Below, one piece after another: positions 35,715 to 50,224 of a stretch of 64,000 bases of DNA. Under the pieces are notes generated by a model, which saw only the letters and a program-made list of their open reading frames with translations, was not told the origin of the DNA and made no database searches. This DNA comes from Chrysomallon squamiferum (Eukaryota > Animalia > Mollusca), in assembly GCA_012295275.1 (NCBI GenBank), contig CM022673.1:3038001-3102000 (forward strand), in the 5' to 3' direction. Position numbers and translations under genes: made by a program. Position 1 is the first letter of the stretch; each line of letters starts with the position of its first letter.

Positions 35715-36236
35715 CTGACTGTAGCGTTTCACAGTTATTTTGTACAGAAGTTATATAGTAAAATCCTTATTTTTACGATCAGTATTCATTCATATTTGAT
35801 TCATATTTTTGAAGTAAGTAAGAACACCACCCAAAAGCAATTAGAGTGAAGAAAACAAAATGTTTACACAAGCAAATACTAACCTGAAGTTTTACATTAT
35901 TGAAAAGTATACAAAAGGACAAGTTTGAACACGTTAACAAAACTATGCGAGTATCTAATACAGCGTTTACGTTTATGTAAATATTTACATTTTTCATGTT
36001 TAGCCTCACGTTCTGGTTCTTTGTATGAATATTACATGTATTAATGAAAAATGTATTCGTATATTAGCTATTTTCAATATGTATGCGTATTAGGTTTTTA
36101 CAGCTTACTAAATATCTTCTTTCTTTTTAATTTTCTTATTAATGTTTTTTTTTCTTATTGCCGAGATTTGTTTTTTATTATTATTATTTTTTTAATTTAT
36201 TGCTCAGATTTCCTTTAAGTTTGCATGTGTGGATAA

Positions 36237-36284
<48 letters not shown>

Positions 36285-36403
36285 TTCTCTGTCTTTCGTT
36301 TTCTCTCTCTCTTTCTCTCTCTGTTTGTCTTTCTTTGTCTCTCTGTTTCTCTCTCTGTCTGTCTGTCTCCCTGTCTTTCTCTCTATCTGTCTCTCTCTGT
36401 CTT

Positions 36404-36486
<83 letters not shown>

Positions 36487-36795
36487 GTTAATCACTTAAC
36501 AACACGCTTTGTTTAACTGTTATTTGTTTAACTGCAGAGTTTAACTGTTATCTACGTACATGAACAAATGTCATCACGTTGTACTGCACAGACATACTTA
36601 AATGTATAGATTTACGTACGTTATTCCTTCTTTTTTTTTCCTTTTTTGTTTTCGTATCTTTATTCTTCAACATTTTTTTTAATTATTATTATTAATTTTT
36701 TTTATCTTTGTATATATTTATTATTCGCGGAAAGTTGATTACGTTGAAAATAAAATTTAAGAAGACGTTTCTTTACATTAAATAAATAATGAATT

Positions 36796-36895
<100 letters not shown>

Positions 36896-37443
36896 ACATT
36901 CACACACAAATAAACAAACAAATAAAATCCAATAAAAATATTAACGATTATTATTATTGCAATTTTAAATTTATCTACTAACCATAACTACACAGAACAT
37001 TAAAACCGTGTCCACCAACCACTGTTTCAAGCTTCAGTAGATAAATCACCATTAACACTTTCATCATTATATGCGAATATTATTAAATTTTGATTGTCGT
37101 TAAAGCGTAATGTGTTAGCTACGTATAATAAATAACTCACCCTCAGTATTTCCACGATTTATAAATTCTTTCCACTTTCTTGTGTCTTTTTCGATTCCTG
37201 TAGCCTGCATGGTGCTCGAATGAGATCCGATGATTCAGTGGGTCTTTGCGTGTGATTAGACAATGAAAGGTAAACTCTGTATAGTCCGCAGCACAAAAAA
37301 AAATGTAATCACTATCGTGAATATTTTCAGTATTTTGTATCCTGAATATTTATTTTATTATTTATCAAGTATTCTGAATATTACTGAGTTAGGAAAGACG
37401 TAATCAAAATTAATTAGTTTTATGAATATTTGCTGAGAGAACT

Positions 37444-37477
<34 letters not shown>

Positions 37478-37548
37478 TCTTGCATGTTCTTTTATTATTG
37501 TTGTTGTAATTGTTGTCGTTATGCTGTTGTTATTACTGTTTATTTATT

Positions 37549-37596
<48 letters not shown>

Positions 37597-38752
37597 ATAT
37601 AAATAAAACATTGTTTGTGAGTACATTATTACTGAGTATGGGTTAAATATAATTTCATTTGAAACTAATATTCATTGAAAAACAAATAAAGAACTAGAAA
37701 AAGATTTTAATTAACTGATTTATTTATTTATATATTTATTGATTGATTTATTTAATATTTCAATAAGAACTGAGAAAGAAAATCTTTTCGTACCTCACTT
37801 TCTTCAAAAACAGTTAACTAAAGTACAATATTTTTCCTCCCTGCTATCATTACGAAAATCACTTACAATAACATTTACTTACTCTTGCCTCATTTACTCA
37901 TTCTTTATTTCATTTTATCATTCATTCATTCATTTGCATACATTTATTTATACGCCATTAATTTCTTTTATCGTTCAGTATAGTTAATTTCGTTTGCGAC
38001 AACTCAGTATAGCAGACGATATGTCACTGTGATTTGAATAGGCGCTATCTCGTATTACTCAGCTTGTTCATACTTCTAGCTATATTAACTTGAAACGTAT
38101 TTAATAACAAGAAACACAAAACAGTCGTGCAAGCGAAGAGTCGCATACCGAAATACAGTCTTTGTTTGTGAATGTCGTTGATATATCAGTTTGACTTGAT
38201 AAACTTGTACATGCATGCCTATTCAAAGTAAAAGGCTTATACACAGAGTAACTTGAAATGCGTCGATACTAGGATAATTATGGACGTCATTATTTGTTTG
38301 TTTGTTTGTTTGTTTGTTTGTTATTTATTATTATTATTATTATTATTTTTTTTTTTGTGTGTATGTGTTTATGAGAGAGATCCGTTTTATTTCAATGTTC
38401 ATCTTATTATTATTTATTATATTGTTTTTTTCGCTAAATTGTTTTAGCAAAACGATAAAGAAGATTCATTTAGCAGTGTTTAATAATTTAATGTGGTAAT
38501 TTGAAAAGGTTAAAATAAATTAGATGAAATGAATTGTTAGAGCAACATAAGTGAATAAATATAAAAATAAATAAATATGGATTTCTTAAATTGTATTTCT
38601 CGTTTGTAAAAAAAAGAAAAGAAAAGAAAAAAGACATCAATAAACAAATTGTTTTACTCCACTAAGAAACGTTTGTATTAAAATAAAAAATTAAAAGCCC
38701 AGTAAGCAGAAATTCATCGTTAATTTTGTGTGTGTCATATCCATATCATGTG

Positions 38753-38964
38753 TAACTAGACTGTTTTTGAAATCAGGCAAAAATACTTAATCGTCGAGCG
38801 AAGCGGGGCAAAATAAAAAAAATAAAATACATAAAATAAAATAAAATAAAATAAAATAAAATAATATTTTATAATTATTAAAAAAAAATCTTTGTATAAA
38901 ATAAATAAATAGCTAAATAAATGAATAAATAAATCTTCAATTTCGATATGAGGTATTTGCCTCA
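38753..38964 (+). repeat. Dispersed repeat, copy 2
   Basis: Colinear similarity to 29055-29243, with an internal (AAAAT)n expansion. Confidence 0.7.
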
Positions 38965-39980
38965 ATGGAGTTATGGCCATGACATCTGCAGATTCGGGTA
39001 CGCATATAAACATCGCTATAATGTCGTAAGATAATTATTATTTATTTATTTATTTATTTATTTTTTTTTTTTTAAAATATGTGCTTACTTTTTCTTTTGT
39101 CACATTTTCCCTTTCTTTATTTAATAAATAACTTTCTGATTTCTTCGAGTGATTAAAAAGAAACGAGTTTCCTCCCTTGAACTATTTGCTTGCTGCTGTC
39201 GAAAAAAAAATGTAATGTAAAGATAATGAAAATTGATTAATTAATAAAGTTTTTATCTGTTCGCAAGGATAAACCTGATACCGTTAGGATAATAACAATT
39301 TACAAACATATTATCCGTTCTTCTGCAATTTTTTCTTGTCCGATGCGCTATATAGGCCTACATGTACTTCCGTCACAAGAACCAGTCAATAAGAGATTAA
39401 AAATAACAATATCATTACTAAAATTTAAGTTTAAATGAAGCACTTTTTAAAATATAAAAATTCTGCTTGTTTGTATCTGAAGTTATTAGATTAATAACGT
39501 TAGCTTAAAAAAAAGGTCATCGTTAAAGGCATACAAAAGCAAACTTTTCTCAGCGGCAAATTCAAAGTTGTAACAGTTTCGTAAATCAAAATAAGTAAAA
39601 GTTTATGTTTTGTATTTAAAACGTTAAACGTAAAGTGAATGGATTACATGATTAATAAAAATTAACATTTACATCTCATGTTTCTAACACTTTTATATTA
39701 AAAACGAAACAAAATTTGAAAGTTTATTTCTTTATTAGTGATTATTTTTACAGATAAAATATAATTTTCTCCCATTATTCCTTGTATTTGCAATAACTGT
39801 TGAAATATTTATTATTATTATTATTATCTAATTTTTCCCAGTGAAAATATAAAGTAACCAACTTTATCATGAAATATTATGGACCTAAGATCTGTAAAAT
39901 ATTTATATATATAAAACAACCAGTATTACAGTATTAATTTCCTACTTTTACAGAATCATTATAACACTGACAACAACATT

Positions 39981-41614
39981 ATGAGCAACAACAGTAAGAG
40001 CAGTAGCAGTAAGGGCAAAAAACAGGATAAGAAAAAGGATACTGAGGACAGTCAAGCAGAAAGTGAAAGCCCTAACACTGATACCCAGCCTCCGAGTGAT
40101 GCAAATAATGACAAAGAAGAGAAAAAACCGATGCTGGATGATGGTTTGTTTCGTTAAAGAGGATGTCTGTTCAGAATTGTTCAGAATTAAATAATTTAAG
40201 ACGTTATATCCTAAAAGCTGCTGAGAATGTAAAAAATTCATTGTTTATCAGAATTAAATGATTAAAGAAGATATCTTTTGAAATTTGCTCAGAACTAAAT
40301 AGGTTATCTATTGAGATTAAGTCATATTAAGTAGTTAAGAAAATTATTTGTCCAGATTTTTAAAAAAAGTTAATTGTTCAAAACTGCTTGAAAGTAAATA
40401 AGCAAGAATGTTACTTTGTTCAGATTTGGTCAAAATTAAATATATGACTAATTATTTTGTTGTTCAGTTGCTTAGAATTAAAGATGTTAGTTTTTGATGT
40501 GCAAAAGGTATTGACAAAAATGTTAAATGTCAAAATTTGAATAACCAAGACTATCTGGTTAGATTTGTAAAAGCATTTAAATCAGGTTTTCTTTACACTT
40601 TCCTGCAACTATTACATTTCTTAGTTCTGACAAAATTAAGAGAAGTCATTGTAAAATGTACAACTGAATATTTATTATATAAAATTGCTGCTTTACTTGT
40701 ATTTATTGAAAGATATGGTAATTACTGTAATACATCTGCAAAAAATTGACACTTTGAATGTTGGATAATCAAAAACGATGATTCAGAAAACACATTATGG
40801 AAAATAGATTATTTTTTGGAAACAGGATTATTAATAAAATTTAAATGCTTTTGATGTGACATACACACAAAAATAACAATAAATAATTAAATAATTAAAA
40901 TTATAAATATATTGAAATCAAATCAAATAAGAAACATGTTTACTTCTTTTTTTTTACTTGTTGTATTGCAGAAGCATTTCCATTGTCTAGATTCAGTAAT
41001 TTCAATCTAGAAACCATTGTTTTGTTTGTTTGATAATAAGATTTTTATATTTACAATTTATTATTATTATTTTTCTTTTGATGGCCAGGAGTAATTTTCT
41101 TTTTTATTGATAAACAGTTGTAGATGCTAAATTTGTGATTGCTGACATTAAATCATCATTTATTTTCTTACTATTATCTTTTTTTTTTTTTTTAAACTGA
41201 CAGAAAAACATGCACATGTTACTATTGTGATGAAGTCATTTTCGGACACTCCTGTAACAGTTCAGTGTAATAAATGTTTAAAGGAAGTCAAAACAGTTCT
41301 TCGCTATGAGATCAGTTCTTTAAACTGGCTGGTTGCAGCTTTTCTCTGCTTGTTTGGGTATGTACAGCAAAACAACTGTTGTTCACATTTATTTAAAAAC
41401 AGAATGTTTATCAATTTTTAATTTTCTCATTTTTTTTTTGATTTCTTTCTAGGTTTATGTCTTCTTTTTTTTTTTTCCATAAATATTATTATCATTATTG
41501 TTATTACTACTACTACTACTACTACTACTGGTATTTATTTTATTTTATTTTATTTTATTTTTATTTTTATTTTTATTTTTATCTTATTTTATTTTATTTT
41601 ATTTTATTTTATTT

Positions 41615-41661
<47 letters not shown>

Positions 41662-41990
41662 TTTAATTTAATTTTATTTTATTTTATTTTATTTTATTTT
41701 ATTTTATTATATTTTATTTTTAATTTATTTTTATTTAATTTAATTTTATTATATTTTATTTTATTTTATTTCAGTTTTAATTTAATTTTTTATTTTATTT
41801 TATTAGTAATGTGTAAATAATTATTATTACTTCTTAGGATGATGATCTTTTTTTTCTTCATATATCTTTCGTGACTTTCAGTTTATGGCCGTGTCTTCCG
41901 ATCCCTTTCTGCATGAAATCGCTGATGGACGTCAACCATCACTGCCCCACCTGCAACCAGCTGCTGGGTACCTACCATCATCTACACTGA
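39981..41990 (+). CDS. LITAF-domain (zf-LITAF-like) protein, 141 aa
   Basis: Exons 39981-40143, 41204-41357 and 41882-41990 splice in frame (426 nt, GT-AG). The C-terminal domain PVTVQCNKC...WLVAAFLCLFGLWPCLPIPFCMKSLMDVNHHCPTCNQLLGTY has the CxxC / hydrophobic segment / HxCxxC signature of LITAF. Confidence 0.92.
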
Positions 41991-42916
41991 CAACTCCAAC
42001 CACGCGAACAACCACACTCAAGTCTGCCTTTGAGAAATAAAAAAGTATTTAAAAAAAAAAAATAAAATAAAAAAAAAAATAAAATAAAAAAAGAAAAATT
42101 GAAAATAAAATAAGACAAAAAAGTGGAACAAAAAAGTTTAAGTGTCAGCCTACATATTATAAATGATGTTATACAGGAATTTTTTTTTGCTGTGTAGAAA
42201 TTGAAATTTGGTTTGTTTAGTGTGTTTATGTTTATGGTCTTTTTGTTGTTGTATTTTTTTTTTTATTATTTTTTTTTGTAATGGATTTTAATGGATTAAG
42301 GAATAGTTGTATTTGATTATAAGAGAAAAATGAATCATAATGTTCATTCAGCAGATAAAGAAAAACAGAAGTGAAGATATTCAGGCCAGCATAAAAATTT
42401 AAACTAATGACTAAAATGTCAGTTGATAAACTTTAGGATTTTTTTTGTTGTTTTTGTTGTTTTGGGGGGTTTGGGGTTTTTTCTTGGGGAGTCATGTGAT
42501 TGTTGAGGTTTTTGTAGGGGTTTGGTTGTTTTTATAAATTATTTTAAATATGTCAGTTTTTATAGTGAGGGATATTTGGCTTGGTACAAACAAGATTATA
42601 CAGTGAGTGATCAATACAAAAATTAAATTCATATTTTTAATTTTTCAATGAAGGATTTTTGTGTGAAATGATTACCAAATCAGTTGTTGACATTTTCTCC
42701 ACTAATACTTTTGCCTTAAATCCAAAATTTCATTAATTAACAATGTGTTTAAAATATGAAATACTTCTGATAGCTTTTATAAAATGAAATGTATCAGTCA
42801 GTATAGTTTTTTATATGTAAAACTATTTAGAAGAATTCAGTTTTCAAGTTTTTTATTTGTATAATATTGTATACATAGATATTGACATCAGCTGAAAGTA
42901 CATTTACAAGTATCTA

Positions 42917-43233
42917 ATGCATGTTAGTGTGGTTTAGTGATATTGTAATAATGAAATACATGTTAGCATGGTTTAGTGAAACTGTAAACATGAAATGCAT
43001 GTTAGTATGGTTTAGTGATACTGTAATAATGAAATGCATGTTAATATGGTTTAGTGATATTGTAATAATGAAATGAATGTTAGTGTGGTTTAGTGATGTT
43101 GTAAAAATTAAATACATGTTAATATGGTTCAGTGATATTGTAAGAATGAAATGCATGTTAATATGGTTCAGTCATATTGTAAGCATGAAATGCATGATAG
43201 CATGGTTTAGTGATATTGTAATAATGAAATGAA
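42917..43233. repeat. 39-bp minisatellite, about 8 copies
   Basis: Unit ATGCATGTTAGTGTGGTTTAGTGATATTGTAATAATGAA, tandemly repeated with substitutions, about 0.9 kb downstream of the LITAF stop codon. Confidence 0.92.
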
Positions 43234-43884
43234 TGAAAGTATACTGTACTGCATGACATTTCAATCTACTAGTATAGTTTACTGAACATGTCTGTATTTG
43301 TAATAATCACAATTTTTAGAAGTATTGTTATGAACATTACATTGCTGAATGTCATTTGTGTGACTGTATACATTGTAACAGAATAATAAAAATATCTGCA
43401 AAGGTGATGATACATTGTGAATTTTTGTTAAGCATTACGTTTTGAACATTTTCTAAGAAGTAGTGTACAATACCAGAAATACTTTTTGTTCTCTGTAATA
43501 ATATTAATTTTAAAACTGCATATTTATTATAATACATGCCAAATTTAGCTAAAGATATTTGCATATGTGTGTCATTCATGAATAAAAAAGAAAAAGGGAT
43601 TCACTTGCGTTTAAAATATTCTTGGTAGATTTACAGATGAAAACAATGATGGTCGTTATTTTAATTTTTGCTAATAAAAATAATATTTTGCATTTGTTTT
43701 TTGTTGCATTATCTCTGTATATGCATATATAATAAAACAGTTATTTTTGTTTTATGTGACCTTGTTGTAACAAGAATCCTATTTTTTTTTTTTTTTTTTT
43801 TTTTTGAAAGTGATATCACAGGCTTACTCTTAAGGAATTATCCTAACCAACCCTCATGTTGTAACAATATTCACATTTTTAAAA

Positions 43885-43915
<31 letters not shown>

Positions 43916-44157
43916 TTCTTATTGTTCAGACATATACAGGATATTTCTAACCTGAACAATGCATGCATTTTGTTGATTATTCTTTTATTCAACCTACCAA
44001 TATTTTGACTAGTTTCTAGAAGGAAGGAAAGATATTAAACAACAAAAATAATGTTCTGAACCTTAAACAAATAATCACTATCGAATTTGTCATTAATAAT
44101 TAGATATGTCATTTGAAAATAGCAGTTTAGAACCTTTAAAATGCTATTTTTTATTTA

Positions 44158-44203
<46 letters not shown>

Positions 44204-45672
44204 TAGTTATGAGATATCAAGTTATTTTAACCATATAAACTAATCACACACAAGAATCCCTTGTACACACTTTCCTGTATATTTTTCAATGGTTACCATA
44301 CCAGTCCTGTATAGTTTATTTATATCCAGTATTATCAATAATTGTTATCAGAATAGACTGAGGATCTTTTATTTTTTTCCTTCTTTGTAAAATTGGTTAA
44401 TAGGAACCAAATATAACCAAAATATTAATTCTTGGGTGTTTTGGGGGTGTTTTTTCATTTGGATCAAAGTAAAAAAAAAAAAAAATGCAATGTCTACATG
44501 TGAAAAATAAATATGTACAGTTAAATGGATCCTACAGAACTGATGCCCCTAATTTTAACATCTACTAACTGCCAACCTTTTTTTTTTTTTTGTCATTCTT
44601 CTTTTGTTTTTTTGTCCCCCCTCTCATTTATCCTTAACCCATCAACAAAATAATCCATTAAAAATCCAAGGCACTGAAGTAAAAATAATAACTGCGATAA
44701 TACTGAAAGAAAATGAAGAAAAGATAATGAAAATAAACTGAAGAGAAGATTTATTCATAAAAAATTAAAATATTTTTAATTTATTTCTATTTATTTTAAA
44801 CGTAAAATGTTAGTAACTGCTCCGTGATAAAGTAGGTAAATGCATGAATCATGCAGCTGACCGAGTACTAAGTCTATCAAGAAATTCAGTAGATGGGGCA
44901 TCATCCCTGTTTTAATTAATACGGAGGATAAAATGTATTGTTTATGAAACAGTATTTGATTTAATTAATTCGTTAGAAAACAAGATCGAAATGGAAGAAA
45001 GACATTTTGTTCAACGCTTATATTTACTACGAATTACACGACGTCAGTGAAGAAAAAATAAAATCAAAGGTTAATGACATTTTAATACTGGTGTATTCAG
45101 TTGTTTCAGGTATAACATTATTATTTTATTGTTCTTGTTGTTCAAAAAAGACCCCATCTATATTAGCATTTGGTCGCGAAGTTAACTCACGAAGAAACAA
45201 AACAATAGTTTTTGAGAAAATATTATTTCTCGGAAGTTCTTATCTTACCCGTCTTCCGCTTTGTAACTTTTACGTCTGCGATGGTTAAACTTAATTCGTT
45301 TTATCCGTCACAAACAGAGATGAAATCATTAGTTGTGAACCAAGCTGATTAACCTAATTCAGATCCATATAACCTATCTTGACCATAATTGCATTCAACA
45401 GACAAAGTTGTTCTTGGTTTTATCCTCTGTTAAATTGAAACTGGCTTTTTCGCACTTACCAGAATGCTATCTCGGAACAGTTAATATCAGGATATCGGCA
45501 CTGTTTCCGCTCTAAGCTAATGTATAACTGAAGCGAAACAGAAAATGAATTTTAGTTATAGAAAGCCGTGTAATTAAGTGAAAACCACTCACATTTGATA
45601 TTTATTTTATGCAAAAAAATAAGAAATACTAGACAGAAGGCGAGGGGTGGGGGAAATCGAAATTTTGCAGAG

Positions 45673-45707
<35 letters not shown>

Positions 45708-46225
45708 ACCAACTAAAACAAATGTTGAATGATTTATTGACTCGAGGCATGAGATTCAAACTGTTCACAAACACTATTAAATACATTAAATCTTTATGGC
45801 CGAATAGCCAACAATCCCCCCTCCAAAAAAAAAAAAATAATAAAAAACAGGACCCCCCCCCAAAATAATAATAATTATAATAATAAAGATAATAATATTT
45901 TTACAGCGTCCATACTAAGTTCAACTCTCTTTTTTAAAAATTAGGCCGACAAGGTCGATTTTTGTGTAGAAAAAGCAGTTACCAGAGAACAATTTGTAAA
46001 GAAATTCTTTGATTAATCCTTGCTCCCGAATCCACTAACTAATTTTTATAATAATAATAATAAAAGTAACAACAACAAAAATAACAATAATAATATTACC
46101 GATTTATTTATTTATTTATTTATTTATAAGAATTCAAATATAAGATAAACTTGACTTATATATACTTGTTTTTTTTTTATCTTGTTCTTTTTTCTTTGTT
46201 TCTTTCTGGAAAAATCTGGAAATTC

Positions 46226-46259
<34 letters not shown>

Positions 46260-46855
46260 TTGGCAGTATCATATCAATCAATCTGTCTGTTATCTATCAG
46301 TGTATTCAGTTGTGACTAGTAAGTGATGGATTAAACGTCGAAGGTCAAAATCAAGATACAGTCAATACTGCATAGCTATCTTTAGTAAAATAAAACCAAG
46401 ATTTACAATCAGAAATAAAATGTCAATATTATTTACACAACGTTTTAATGGAAATGTTTCTTTGTTCACGTTTCGTTAATTTTTTTATTTTTAAAATATT
46501 TTCTTTCTTTCACTTTTTTTTTTTTCATCCTGTCAATAAATGAGATACAGACAAATAATTGTTATCCATGCATTACATATGTGTCTCAGTGTGGTAATTC
46601 AAAATATTATGCTCGATTTAGCGTTGTTTGTGGAATCTTTTAACGGCAGCAGGTTTCAGTAATATTCTGTGTACTTTCCTCTCGAGTTATGTTATTTTTA
46701 TTCACCAGAATGTTTGTTGATTATCGCGTAACTTAGCACTGGAGTTAATGTTTTAGTTTCAGACCTAGAATCGGTAACATTTCTGCAATATTATTATTGC
46801 AACAATATCTGGAAGTGACATTATTATTGTCATTGTTTTTACTGACATGAAAAAG

Positions 46856-46904
<49 letters not shown>

Positions 46905-47347
46905 TAATAATAATAATAATGTTGTTATTTGAATACACAGAAAATGTAATTCGCGTTGCGCCGCAACTCGTCATCCATAATATAAAATATTATTTTATGT
47001 TAATCGATATCCACCCTGCAGACAGTCGATTTTTACCAGACGCGTGCAGTGAACAGTGAGAGGGTGCAGTGTCCATGGTGTAAGGTAAAAACAAAATATT
47101 TCTAGATCGTTTAAAAACTTTCTCTTTTACGAAATACAAAACTGTTAACGTAATGTAAAGTTTTATTATGTTTTCAAAAGCAGAGCTATTTTCTCAGTAC
47201 AGAATGTGTTTAAATGCAAACTTGTTTTTTTTCATTTTTATCTTTTACCTTTTTCGTTGTCTTTCATTTGTTATTTAGACACCTGATAACAGATGTTATA
47301 AAAATGTGAAGGTATTTAAGACTATTTGAAAATAATTAGTTAACATG

Positions 47348-47405
<58 letters not shown>

Positions 47406-47554
47406 TAATTTATTTATTTTTCATTTTCTGATTTGTTATTTTTTATTTCCTTTTCTATATATATATCATAAATAAGATGATTAAATATGTTATCAGAATT
47501 TCAGGGTTTAAATATGTGTTAGTGCGTCCTTATGTATGTATATCTATGTAAGTA

Positions 47555-47837
47555 CAGATTGTGGAACTCTTATTCGGAATTCCGAAATCCGAAACCTTTT
47601 CCGAGGTGCAAGAATAGTAATATCTTACAGTTTTCGGCCTTTTTAAAAATATTAAAATTATTATTTAAAAAATCCTGCAGACTGTCTGTGTAAACTGTGT
47701 GTGAAAAATAAATGGAATTCATATTTAGACGTAGATTCTATTCTCATGCTATCACCTTGTATTCAAAAATCCGAAAAATTTCGAAACCATGAAACACTTC
47801 CAATCCCAAGCGTTTTGGATAAAGGATTCTCAACCCG
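47555..47837. mobile_element. Non-autonomous Tigger-type MITE (MER46/Tigger4-like)
   Basis: TA-flanked, with degenerate inverted ends (CAGATTGTGGAACTCTTATTCGG / GGATAAAGGATTCTCAACCCG) and subterminal TCCGAAA repeats. The right end AAACACTTCCAATCCCAAGCGTTTTGGATAAAGGATTCTCAACC resembles the Tigger4/MER46 terminus as I recall it; not database-checked. Confidence 0.7.
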
Positions 47838-49289
47838 TATATATGTGTGTGAAAAGTAACCTACATTTCAACGAGTGAGATAAAATGACTTATTATTAAC
47901 TTACCAGTATGAACAACGAATGGTTATCACAAGATTAACAATGTATTTAATTAAAGGGATCGTTTTCCCTTCCTTTGGGAATTCGGTCTAACCCACCTAT
48001 TGTTTATATATCTAGGCTGTCATGTGTCATTCGGCATATGTATTGTTATAACGTGGTAGGTTTATTGTATGTGTGAAATAATAGACTGATTATACATGTT
48101 TTTCAGAAAGGAACGAAGTGTAATGTTTGTGACGTGTTTGAACTAGTTCTTATAACCGATGTCTCACTCTTTTCCAAATCTCATTAATTTATTTGATTTA
48201 TCATCGGCTAAGTTTGTTTTTTCCTTTCTTCAGGAAGTGCAGATAAACGATTCTTTATTGTTAACTGATACACATATAAAAGGAGAAAGTATTGATTGTT
48301 TGGAACCGGAAGTAGCTCGATTGCATGTCGGAAGTTTTCGGAGTTTTCGAATTACGACGTTTTGAAGAGAGGACCTACTTTCACAGCGTATATACATACA
48401 CACAAACACAAAAACAAACACAATAAATAAATAAATAAATAAATAAATTAATTAATTAATTAATTAATTAATTAAATTAAATTAAATTAAATTAAACTAA
48501 ACTAAACTAAATTAAATTAAATTAAATTAAATTAAATTAAATGTAATGTAATGTAATGTAATAATAATAATAATATATATATAAAACAACAACAACAAAA
48601 AAACACCAAAAAAAACACCAACAACTTCGGAATCCGAGTGTTTTTGGTTTCGGAATTTCAGACAGTGTAAATCAGTGCATTTAAGACGAGTTACTCAGTT
48701 ACAATAGCAGCATTAGATCTCCATAAATAGTCTCTAATCATCGTTCAGGCTATTAATTTACTTTTGTTGAGTAGACATTAAATTTTTAAAACTTGATCTC
48801 ATACTTGTTTAAACAACTGTATATCGTATTGTGTGTATCGTACTGAATATTATCAGCACTAGCTGATACTGAACAATGCGTTAACTGATGTTGCTAGCTC
48901 ATTACAAGCAGGAACTGAATGGCGTACAATACGTATTCGAATAATGGAAGTACAACAAATCCGTTCTTCGTATCCTTTTGACTGAATATCTAGGAAACCA
49001 AGCATCACTAAACCTACTCGGTGAAGTATTTATATTTTGCACCAAATCTACGGACAATAACGACTTCATGAAGTATTTATATTTTGCAAACCCAGCCATT
49101 ATTACGTATGTTTTAGTCAGCGATCAAAGAGAAAAGAGAATTGTGATTCAAAACTACTTCTGACTGACGCAAAGGATGTTTCATTCTTCTTCAGCTCTCA
49201 TTTCCTTCCAGTCATATTTATTAAGAGAACGGTCCGATACCTAATGTTGTAAAATTAACTTTATTGTTGTAAAATGTCAGTTATTTTTG

Positions 49290-50150
49290 GCTCCCGAATC
49301 CAGTAACTGATTTTTATATATTCCTAATTAGCTATTACTTCCTTGATTCATTAAAGAACAATTTAGAATAATGATAATAATGATGATGATGATAGTAATA
49401 AAAGTAGCACTAATAATAATAATAACAACAATAATAAAATCAACAAAAAGAATAATAGCAATAATAAGGAAACGACAAAACAATAATAATATTAATAATA
49501 ATAATATTAATATTAATAATAATATAATAATAGTATTAATAATAATAATAAAAATATCATTGAGAAGATAAATTTGAAAATAAAAACAATATCATATTAA
49601 ACAGATCTAAATTTCTAAAACTGATCTTAAAATATTTAAATGAAAATATAAAAAAAATTAATATAAACTAATGCTGTGTTTTTTCTGTTTTTTTTTTCTA
49701 TTTTTTTTTCTTTTTTTTTTTTTTTAAAGTGCATCATTGCATTTCAAGTATTTATACATTATTTATTTCATAAAATAAATATTTGTTGTTTTTAGCATCA
49801 AAATTCATGAAAGAACATGAAATACAACGCGGTCATGAAAAAGATTAGGCACGATCTTGCAGGAAAAATTACGTGCAAAACTACTGCTATGTTTTCTGAT
49901 ACCAGTCATGACTGTAAAATATTTATTTTATGATAATAATAACCACGACGACCATGTTGATAACGAAGACGACGACCAGGATAATATGAAAAATATTAAA
50001 AATAAGAAATGAAATTAATGATAATGATAATGATGTTATAATAATATTAACATCAATAACAGCAAAAAGAACAATAAAATAATAATAATAATAAGAAGAA
50101 GAAGAAGAAGAAGAAGAATAATAGTAATAATAATAATAATAATGATAATC

Positions 50151-50224
<74 letters not shown>

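Noticed and set aside
42914-43156. 80-aa repetitive ORF (SLNHxNMHFIIT)
   Set aside because: Translation of the 39-bp minisatellite.
45249-45373. Possible next coding exon after the 45460-45527 candidate
   Set aside because: All three minus-strand frames contain stop codons before the putative donor.
48902-49163. Short ORFs on both strands
   Set aside because: No recognisable motif or splice context; they include a 20-bp local duplication (TGAAGTATTTATATTTTGCA).
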